This document shows positions 48,820-58,477 of a DNA stretch of 64,000 bases, piece by piece. Origin of the DNA: Macrostomum lignano (lineage: Eukaryota). The stretch lies in NCBI GenBank assembly GCA_002269645.1, contig NIVC01000592.1:62001-126000 (forward strand), written 5' to 3'. The translations under genes were made by a program, and so were the position numbers. The notes beneath the pieces were generated by a model that worked only from the letters and a program-made list of their open reading frames with translations, did not search any database and was not told the origin of the DNA. Numbering within the stretch: position 1 is the first letter of the stretch; every line of letters begins with the position of its first letter.

Positions 48820-50409
48820 GCAGCGGCAACCGTAGCGCACGACTGTACAGGTAGAACCTGAGTTTCTCCCTGCTCCCGACTATGATTGACTATTTTTTTT
48901 ATTGAGACCGGGAATAAACTCGCTCTGCTGACACTTCAGCTCAAGATTCCATCTAGTAAAAGGAAGGCAGCGTTTTTTAAACGTTGTGATTTTCGCAATA
49001 CTGCAACTCTATGTGTCTTTAGTTAACCATCAATCAACACAGCTTTGAGTAGTGGTTGTGTCAACAAGGCCGCACTAACGTATTTCGTCTTGTCTTCAGA
49101 TTCGAACTGAAGTCCAGGACCAGTTTCTGAGTTCTTACTGACTGTCAGCCGGTCTTAACCGCTGCTTCAGGACGTCACCTATTTTTGCTCACACTGTGAG
49201 AGAGTTGCTATCACATTCTTTTCTTGCTAGTCTTTAGTAGGCAATGCCTTATCATGCCCTGTTGCGCGGTACAGCGACTCAAATTTTATAATTACCATAC
49301 CTAAATGCAGCAAATGGAGCGCAAAACGCAGGCACAGACTTAAAATTGCAAGTCAACAACAATGATAAAACGGTATGAACTCCCAACTGGCTTTGTTCCC
49401 TGCTTGTTGCTGTCGGAGTCCGCTACAGAGTCCGAAAATGAAGGCTTTCTGCAGTACATCTGCAGTACGTGAGCAGAAAGATTATAAAGTTAAGATTTCT
49501 TGTTAGATTTGCATTTGGCTGAAGGTGTACACAATTGGCTGCAGAACCAAGTCAATGAAATCTCTCTCTTCCTCTCTTCTTAAACCCTAAAACCCTCTCC
49601 TTCTCTGTACAACTACATCGGGTGAGTGCAGTCTTGGCAAGTCTTGGCAGTTGAAAAGCACAAAATCCGCACCAAACAGGTGAGTAAAGCAAAGCCCACC
49701 TGCTCGTCTGGGTTTGTCAACAGACAGAAAAGAAAAACATGACTTTGTATGTATAAAATTTATTCAAGAACAAAGCGGTGTTTCTGTGGTAAATGATTTG
49801 TTCTTTTGGGCATCTTATTCATTTTTTAAATAAGCCTGCCCCACCCCACCTCTGGGCCTGCCCAATCCCGCCTTCGGGCCTCCCCATCGCTGATTGGTCT
49901 CAAATAGTCTCAAGACAGCTGATGCGGGGATAAGGAGTCAATGGGAGAAAATGATCCCTCTTTTCTCATCCCTTGCTTCCCTTCTGTCCACTGTTTTCCC
50001 TCTGCGTCACCATCACTATTCTGTCAGCCGTTGCTATTCAACAAGCTGGCTTCCCTTTTACTAACCCAGCCTCTCTCAGCCCATGCGAGGCTTACTTGGG
50101 TAGGAATTCAACAGACAGATGATTTTGTATCAAAAGTCGCAGTGAGTTGAGGCGGACAGAGGACTGCGCGCCCGGCCTGCAGAGCGGGCTGTCCGATGCC
50201 CAAATTATTTATGACTGCTTGACAATGCATTTAATGCATAATACGAGCGTATTGAGCATTATATATTATAGCTGAATGATGCCAGGCTGTATGAGAGGCT
50301 GTTAGGAGGGCGATAAACAGCTGAAAAATATCGTGTGGAAAAGTGACGGACTTGCTGGCATGCGAATCTCAATCCCTGTGTGATTATCTTTGACCAGTCT
50401 GTCAACTGA

Positions 50410-50792
50410 TGATGATGCGTATGATGATTATGATTATGATTATGATTATGATTATGATTATGATTATGATTATGATTATGATTATGATTATGATTATGAT
50501 TATGATTATGATTATGATTATGATTATGATTATGATTATGATTATGATTATGATTATGATTATGATTATGATTATGATTATGATTATTATGATGATTATG
50601 ATTATGTTTATGATTATTATAATTATGATTATGGTTATGATTATGATATGATTATGATTATGATTATGATTATGATTATGATTATGATTATGATTATGAT
50701 TGTGATTATGATTATGATTATGATTATGATTATGATTATTATGATTATGATTATGATTATGGTTATGATTATGATTATGATTATGATTATTA
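50410..50792. repeat. (GATTAT)n microsatellite
   Basis: Direct reading. Confidence 0.97.
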
Positions 50793-51388
50793 TGTCTCTC
50801 TGGAGCCGTTAACGCCAGGAGCCATTGACTGTTGCACCTCGACGACCCCTGGTTCGATTTCGCAACACCTCATAGCTACGCTTTGCCAATCTTTGTGTCA
50901 GACTGCACAGAATTCATAACTGAAAACACCAGGACGAAATGCAGAAACAAACTTTTATTGGTTTACTTCGTTGGGACAAAAGCGCATTTTCAGTAAAACA
51001 CAGTAACAGAATAGAACAGGTGATGCTGATCTCACTTTATTAACTATGCTCATAAAATTTTGAGTTATTATCAATAGAAAACAAATAGAATCGGAATGCA
51101 GCTTGAATGTGATGATTTTAGCTGGCATAGCAAGGTACAGAAAGGCATACTCACGCAAAGGAAATTTCTAGACATCTAAAGTAATGAATATTAACATACA
51201 TTGTGCCTAAATAAAAATTCATAAATATTTTAAACCTTGCGGCTGAGCTTGGAACCGGATAATTAAAACAGATAGTCGCAATTTGAATTTTTCAAGTTTA
51301 ATAAAATTAAAAAAACACGCAATGCTGACTAGTAGTCACTGATAACTTTGTTTTCAATAAAGTTTCTAAAGAATTTGCCTATGAGAAT

Positions 51389-52634
51389 TCACACCTGCAG
51401 CATCATCTGCATCGTGCGGGGGGTCTCGTAGCTCCTAATGCAATTCGAGGATATGAAGGAGTGACCGAACGTCAGCGTGGCTGAGTACACACCGTTCGGG
51501 TTGGAGTTCATGCAGCCGCCCCACCAGTAGCCGCCGCTCCCAAACTGGGTGCTGCAGCTGGTGGAATAAGCGTCGTTGTCCCTGTCGAAGGTGGAGAACT
51601 GATGGCCTCGAGCTTCCGACAAGAAGTCGCAGTCGATGGTAGAGTTGGCGCTGAGGAAGCTGCCGTAGTTCATCGTGTAGTTCGTGCTGGAGCCTCCGAC
51701 GGTGAAGCTGAGCCACTCGAACGCGTATAATTGTCCGTCGAAGGTCTGGGCCTCGACTCGCAGGTTTCGAGGGTTGGTCCCAGTCATATTGTGGATGTTA
51801 TCGAGTCCTGCAATTTGAATTGTCAAAACTTGCAGATTCGCCAAGTTGAACAAACAAAGACATTGTTTTACACCCAGCACATGGGATGCTCACCAGCCCA
51901 GAACTCCGTGGCATTCCCGAAGCCGCTGACGTATTCATCCCAGCTCTTGTTGAAGGCGATTTGACCCGTCTGTCTCTGCTGGAACACCCAGAATGTCCGG
52001 CCGCCGATCTGCCGCTGGTATCCGGCCGAAACATCTGAAGTGGTTGGTGCAGTGAGCTTTTTTTTCTTCTCAACTTGCAGCTATTGGGCAACAAGAAGCA
52101 AAAGTGTTTAGTCGGAAAAGTTTTAATCTAAGTTTGATTTTGCAGATTTTTTCAGCTTTAAGAGTAGCGATGCAGGGTCTGCGTGCTCTCAAGCTTCAGA
52201 AAGAGTCCACGACTTGACTTGATGTCAGTCGAGTCAAGTCATCAGTCGCTGCCCCTGTTTGCAGGCGAAAAAATAACCTGAAATATTCACCCGGTCCCAC
52301 GCGTTTCTTCCGGTACACGGTTGCAGCACCGGATGCGGCGCAGTCGGCCCTGTTGGACAGGACACAGACTCCGTTGATGAAGCTGTAGGAGAGGCGGTCT
52401 CCGGCCTGAGCGCATTTCACAGCGCACTCGACGTCGCTGCGAGCGCTCACGGTGACTGAGCTCGCATTGCAGGAGGCGGTCGCGGTGACTGCGTCGAACT
52501 CGAAGGCTGTTTGAGAGAGGAGGGTTGAGCAGAGGAGAAGCTAGGACTCAACTATTCCTAGATATTCCAGGAAACTTACCCTGCTCAGCTGCAAGAGCTG
52601 CAGCGAACTGAGCAACGAGAAGCAGAGTGAGCAT
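51389..52634 (-). CDS. Secreted PAN/apple-like + fibrinogen-related (FReD) protein, copy 2, 276 aa; exons 52580-52634, 52291-52506, 51894-52034, 51389-51807
   Basis: Signal peptide MLTLLLVAQFAAALA. PAN-like SARSDVECAVKC..SYSFINGVCVLS. FReD motifs FQQRQTGQIAFNKSWDEYVSGFG..EFWAGLDNIH, LRVE, FSTFDRDND..C..GGYWWGGC..NPNGVY. Open frame with phase-1 GT-AG introns. Confidence 0.9.
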
Positions 52635-53609
52635 GCTTTTGAGTTGCTTGCAGAGCTGATAAGGATTCTGCAGATCTCGGGCCGGTCTCGGGCTGGGCTG
52701 GGGCCGCCGCTCCCGCTGTAGCCGCTAAATAGCCCTGCCGTGTTTGTCGCTCCGCTCCTAGCAACGCAGCGGCAGCCATCTCAGTCTGAGCGCCATCACT
52801 TCATACAGGCTATAATGGCTTTTCATTCCTGCTCATCGGAATTGAATTTTTAAACCAACTGGGAAAGGACTAGGAGCCCCTTGAGTCCTACAGTCATGCG
52901 TTGGTTTGTGACTGGTTTTGACTAGTCTCAAACCAGTTTTAAACCCATTTCATTTGCACTGCCAAGTGTCGCCTTGCCTCTCTGTCCGCTTTGTGGGGGT
53001 GGTTGCCTGGTGGGGTGGGCTTTAGCCTCTGTGTCGTCGCCCTTTTATTTGCGTCTCGCTCTGTTTACTCAGCGTTTTTGGGTGCCTGAGTGAGCTCAAA
53101 AAGGTTGCTTCCACGCACCCCCTTTCGTGCCAATTCTGCTCTTGAATCTTCTTTAGGGTTAATACTCTCATAAATGTGCAGCTGCTGACCGCTGATTGGT
53201 CAGATAAAGCACTGGAGAGATAGCTCGTACCATCTCTCCTCTCTCACCCTGTCCCGTTGTCTCCTAGTACTACTTGTCCCCATCTCCCCTTTATCCTCTT
53301 CTCTCCTATCTTCTCGGGGTCAACTGGTACAGTGACTGCTGTCATAATTTCACAATACATAACTGGCTTCTAGTTTTTACGGAGTATCGATTTCGTAACA
53401 ATCGATAAATAACCGATTTCGATTGCTAAAGAATAGAGAAAAACTACTTAGCTGGGATCCACTGTCCGCAATAACGCAGCAAGCCATGACGCATCCAACC
53501 GACAAGTCCACAGTTGATGGACATCAAGGACTGCAGTTAAAGCAATCGGCAAGCACAAGAAAGTTTGCGACAAACTGAATTCATGCTGGGATTTTTCAAT
53601 TACCAGTTT

Positions 53610-53925
53610 AACCTGCTATTCGAAAGTCAAGATATGCCAGGTGTATCAATGCCAAGGGAAAATGCCTTAATGTGGGGTTTTGAAGCTGCATCTTCTATTT
53701 CCGAGTGCTCCGTGAGGCCCGATGACAGCAACGGTGACAGTGATAAGTGAAGAGGACCCTCTTTGAGGTTAATTATTGAGTCGATTCCAAATTCGATGGC
53801 TAGCGCCTCCCTGCTCAAACTCAGGTCTTGGATTTGGCCTCCCGCTCTGGAATAAAACCGGCTAGCGCACTGGCCGAAGCTTCTCTAGCTCCCGATGGTT
53901 GAGACTTTCAGCCAACAGGCCATGG
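53610..53925 (+). repeat. Unidentified dispersed repeat, copy 2 (of 44496-44830)
   Basis: See copy 1. Confidence 0.85.
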
Positions 53926-54739
53926 GCTTGCCTTGCTGCCTAGCTGACACACAGCCCTTCCCACTACCCTCATCACAGCCTACTACCTCACTGCAGGCTT
54001 GCCTTCCTTCACAGCTACCCTCATCGCAACCTATACTGCATCATCGCACGGGCCCAGCCGGTCAGAGAGACAAGCTTTGCAGGAGCCTGAGCCTCAAACA
54101 GGCTCAGGCGGGATCAGACGGGCTCAAATCCAGCTTAAAGTCCTTCAAGCGACTGCCGAATACTTTGTTTTTCTATCATTGTAAATTTTGCCAGAAGTAC
54201 ACCGAACGTAAGTAGATGTATATAATTGATCAATCTAACGATATACAACTTCAACACTCTACCGACCAATCAAGGGCAGCCCTATAAACAGCTAGTTAGG
54301 GGGGCGAAGAATTTGATGTTCACGAGCAGGAGTCACGTGACCGATGCAATGCACAGAATAAGCAGAAACAATCTCATATTCTAGGAGGACTGCTGCAAAC
54401 TCGAGGGAGGTCATCGAATCCACCGATGAAGAACTGCTGGCAGCTGCAATTACCGACGACATATGGACAGCCTGATCTGCATCGGCAACGATATTGACAG
54501 GTTCATCTATTTTCAAGGGCAGTATCTGACACCTACTATGACCTGTCTGATGGGCAAGGGCCGCCTCCCTACTGACCAGACAGACAATGCACTGAAAGCA
54601 TCACTGACTCAGCGATGAGGCTTCACCGCTCATTCCGCTGACCCCTGGCGACCATGGGAGATCCGGTGGTGCCGGTGTCCGCAGCGCGGTCCCCCTCCGG
54701 AGAGTCCAGGTGGTGGATGGTCGCCCGCTAGGTAGTCGA

Positions 54740-55130
54740 ATAACTGGGCCATGAATTGAGTGAAATCCAAACAGACAGCATCCGAAAATTGAGTCTGCTC
54801 AAACTTTAAGTTCTGGTGTGACAATGAACCTTGACTCATCCGACATGACGGATAAATTATATATGAATGTTTTCGAACGCGAATCTGACAGGAAGAGTAC
54901 AAATTCGGGCTATATGTTCATTGTAACAGATATTATATAGTATTATGACATAATATTATATTATTACATTTTAGTATGGAGATTCACAAAAGGATTAGCA
55001 AAAGACACGGGACATAGATGGCAGGTTAAAAAAGAGAGAGATAAAATTAGACTCCGGTTTTATCAACTTTGCCATAAAAAATCTACCAAGCAAAGAAAGA
55101 AGCGGATACTGGTTGCCTGGGGGTTGTGGA
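54740..55130 (+). repeat. Inverted copy of the FReD 3'-flank block (46705-47030; 57055-57130 plus 57920-58085)
   Basis: Reverse complement contains CAGATTCGCGTTCGAAAACAT, TTTCGGATGYTGTCTGTTTGGATTTCACTC and TCCACAACCCCC..GCAACCAGTATYCGCTTCTTTCTT. Confidence 0.85.
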
Positions 55131-55310
55131 TTCATCATCATCATCATCATCATCATCATTATAATAATAATCATCATCATCATCACCACCACCATCAACA
55201 TCACCACCATCATCATCATTATAATAATCATCATCATCTAAATCACCACCATCATCATCATTATAATCATCATCATCTAAATCACCACTACCACCATCAT
55301 CATCATCTTT
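55131..55310. repeat. (CAT)n-type microsatellite
   Basis: Direct reading. The poly-His ORF is spurious. Confidence 0.95.
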
Positions 55311-55544
55311 TCAGGACTGACTGAAAGCAATAAGGGAAGCAAGGGATGAGAAAAAGAGGGAGAATTTTCTCCCGTTAGTAGTTGTCAGGAGGAGGCTTTC
55401 AGGACAGAATTTTTCACAGCCTCCACAATCCCACTAATTCTCCCAAATTATCTCCCAGGTTATCCCAAATTCGTGTCAGAGGCAGGAAGGCGCAGACTGG
55501 AAAGAGTTGCGCTAAAGCAAAAAGCAACTAACAAAGCAGTGTAA

Positions 55545-55930
55545 AGCCTAAAACAGAGTCAGAGGAGCGAAGGTAGACAGTAGCTGGTGAGCTGAGCTGT
55601 TGCCGCAAACACTTGATGAAGCGGAAAGTCGAATCGCTTTGCCAATTCCCCCTAGTGACATGACTTCTGGCACCGATGCTCCGGGGCCATTGAAAAAAGT
55701 GGCACTGCCCTGTGCAGCGAATGTCCTGAGATCGCTGCTCCACGGTCGAAACCTGCCGCTTGAGTCAGCTGCCTCGCTAACCAGATCGGATCGATAACAG
55801 AAACCAGGAACCGGGAAGGCGTGGCGTCCAGCCCTGGTGGTGGCATTCAGAAAACTGAATGGTCTTGCTGGGCCCGATCCGCACCTCCATTCCATCTTCT
55901 TCTTCTCCGAAGAAGTCTTTCGACCAGTTG
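55545..55930 (-). mobile_element. C-terminal half of a DIRS-type tyrosine recombinase (frameshifted relic)
   Basis: Across three frames: GMEVRIGPSKTIQFSE..PRLPGS / QAAGFDRGAAISGHSLHR / SATFF..GASVPEVMSLGG / WQSDSTFRFI, matching the SKT..GHSxRxGxAT..GxWxSD pattern. Confidence 0.75.
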
Positions 55931-56081
55931 ATGCCCATCCAGTCCGACGTGGTCGATTGAGAAATCTGTGACCAATGATGGCTTTGCCGGCTTGGGCTGG
56001 GGTTCACAGGTCTGCATGCAGTCCCCTCATCGTGCATAAGAACTGCCCTAAGGTCAGCTGTCTTGACTTACTTGACTTGGT

Positions 56082-56335
56082 TGCATTCGACGCTTGAAGG
56101 CCCTCCGTGCGATGCGGATGCTGCTGCAGGTGTGATGCCGCTTCATTAACTTTTTGACCATTGCTGAGTTCGATATCAACCTGAGACAAATTTCATAACT
56201 GAAACAATAATTGAGAAAGTCAAAGTAGACATTTTTAGCTAGACTGACTCTTCTGGTAGCGCTTCAGTATTTGTCAAAATAAAATAAATGAAGACAATGA
56301 TAGAATGTTTTGCTTACAATATTTTGAAAGTAAAG
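56082..56335 (+). pseudogene. Inverted FReD relic: last 17 codons plus 3' flank
   Basis: 56082-56135 reads CIRRLKALRAMRMLLQV* versus CIGSYKALRAMQMMLQV* in copy 3. 56160-56330 is the reverse complement homolog of 58261-58432 and 47160-47330. Confidence 0.88.
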
Positions 56336-56364
56336 TTTTCAATATTTTTTATACTTTGTACGAG

Positions 56365-57085
56365 CCGAGGTACTCGTCGGTGAGCCTGTCCTGAGTAAAG
56401 GCGGGGCATTCACAGATGAAGTGCTCCGTATTCTCAACACCGGAGGAGAGGCAGAATGGGCATTCCTCACTGCGCCAACTCATTGCTGGGGTGGCCAGAG
56501 TGCTCAAGGATCGACCTTAGAGAATTACTGACCTTACTGACCCCAGCTTGGAAAGATGGACCGTCCAGATCCAAAGGGACGAAGTGAATGTTTTAAACAC
56601 TCCATTATATGTCGCTAAAAGGCGAATGGATACTAAGGTGAGAGGCTGCTGGGCCATAACCCCAAACTCAACAGCCAGCCATAAGATTGCAAACGGGGTT
56701 GGCCTAAGCCCTTAACGGCCCTACCGCTAGCGAACGAGAAACTACCCGAATAAGAGTTCAGCCAGAGACCGAGCCAACGGTCCATCAGCGCGGTGCTACG
56801 CTGGGCCCTTGAGACAGACAGGGAGGCTGTCTCCGGAGCCTGTGGACTGGCCGCATACCATGTTACGTTCGGAGGGGAAAACCAGGCCAAGTCAAAAGCC
56901 AAAGCCATGGATGGGTTGCCGCCGCCGGAGCCAGTCAGTCCAGCAGCTTTAGTGCTACCTTGACAACATGCGGGACGCGAACTTCTGGGTCAGACTGTGA
57001 GTCAGCTTAGAGAAACTTCTCCGGCCATTCCTACACCGTAACAGAGGGGGTCCTATCCACAACCCCCTAGCAACCAGTATTCGCT
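56365..57085 (-). mobile_element. Internally deleted derivative of the R1-like element (5' UTR and ORF1 start joined to the ORF2 C-terminal CCHC finger)
   Basis: 56580-57060 is the reverse-complement homolog of 43137-43680, including ATG GAG. 56365-56490 encodes CPFCLSSGVENTEHFICECPAFTQDR, the CCHC end of a non-LTR ORF2. Confidence 0.7.
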
Positions 57086-57629
57086 TCTTTCTTAGCTTTC
57101 TTACCGAATTTTATCGTCGCAAAGTTGATAGAATCTGAGTTTAATGTTATCTCATGTCTTTGTTGCCTTTTCTGCTCCGTCCGTGCGGACCGCAAATGGG
57201 ATAACGGGATAACGGGATCCGAGGGAGATGCGGATGAGGAGGCTGTGAGCAGGTAGCCACTCAGCAGCAGCAGAGGTGAGCACGGGTCTGGAGGCGTACA
57301 GACACTTCGCAGACCCGAAGGAAGACGGTGGCGAGAGAAGTGGATAATGGAGACGGGACAAATTAACGAAAGCGAACACTGTCTTACCGGGCGGGGTCAC
57401 TTGTCGCGCTCATGCAGGCGTGGCCTCTAATATTTTATTCTGCTCAACCAATGGTGTAGTTTCGCAAGCACAACGTTCGTAGTGGTAGAGAGAGAGGAGC
57501 GCGGGGAGAGCCGGGCGAGGGCCGCGCGCGCACATAAATACTGGGTGAGCACTGAGCAGGGGACTGGGCGGGCAGTTGACTGCCAGCCTTCGAGCTGGTC
57601 CATCCAGTAGGGACAGGCGGCAGAAGGTT

Positions 57630-57745
57630 GGCATCAAGAGCTACAACTGCTGGGCCACATCGCCAGGCGGTGCCTGAAGGCGATCGGCAGTAGTTGCAGC
57701 CGGTGCTCAGGCAAGGGCCACACCGCAGCAGTGCCCGCCACCTGC
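57630..57745 (+). mobile_element. Gag-like double CCHC zinc-knuckle relic
   Basis: YNC/LGHIARRC and CSRCSGKGHTAAV(C)P with small indels, inside a ~700-bp insert absent from the paralogous flank at 46790-46830. Confidence 0.6.
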
Positions 57746-58477
57746 TGGCCAGCCGCAGGGAAATTCATTCAATTCTCATTCACGGTTTGATAAGGCACGC
57801 ACCAAAAAGTTAGTCTGTGTTCTGGAATTTCGTCTGCCTGTGTTGCTTCGTTTCAGCAAAGCAAAAATGTCTGGGGAGGGTATTCCCACTGCCAACTGTT
57901 CTATTGTACATGTAGCCCCCTCTTCTTGCCAGATTCGCGTTCGAAAACATATGTAACTTATATAATTTATCAGTCATATCGACAGAATTTAGGCTCATTA
58001 TTACACCAGACTTCAAGAGTTTGAGCGGCCTCGACTTTCGGATGTTGTCTGTTTGGATTTCACTCCACGCGTGGCCTGGTAATTTCCAGGCCATTTCAAT
58101 GCCCATCATAAAAAAATTATAGGCGAAAGATGGTTGAAATGAAAGACGACTTGTGTCCGCTTGCCTTACAGAGACCATGAGAAGATTACCACTGTATATA
58201 ATTATATACAGTAGTCATTGACCATGAGTACCACGAATGAAAAATCTTGAAAAAAATTTTCTCAAAATATTGCAAGAGAAACATTCTATCGTTGTCTTCA
58301 GTTGTTTTATTTTTTTTAAATGCACCGAAGCGCTACCAGAAGAGCCAGTCTGACTGAAATGTTTACTTTGACTTTCTCAATTATTGTTTCAGTTATGAAA
58401 TTCGTCTCTGGTTAATGTCGAACTCAGCAATGCGCCACAGACCGGAAAGGTTAAATAAGTTAGTTAACGAAGCAGCT

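Noticed and set aside
49730-53330. Possible DIRS/Ngaro terminal repeats near 49840-49990, 52960-53230 and 55335-55360
   Set aside because: Only short matches (CGCTGATTGGTC and an inverted CTCATCCCTTGCTTCCC), too little to define element ends by eye.
50390-55324. Poly-DY, poly-IM and poly-His ORFs
   Set aside because: Translations of the (GATTAT)n and (CAT)n microsatellites.
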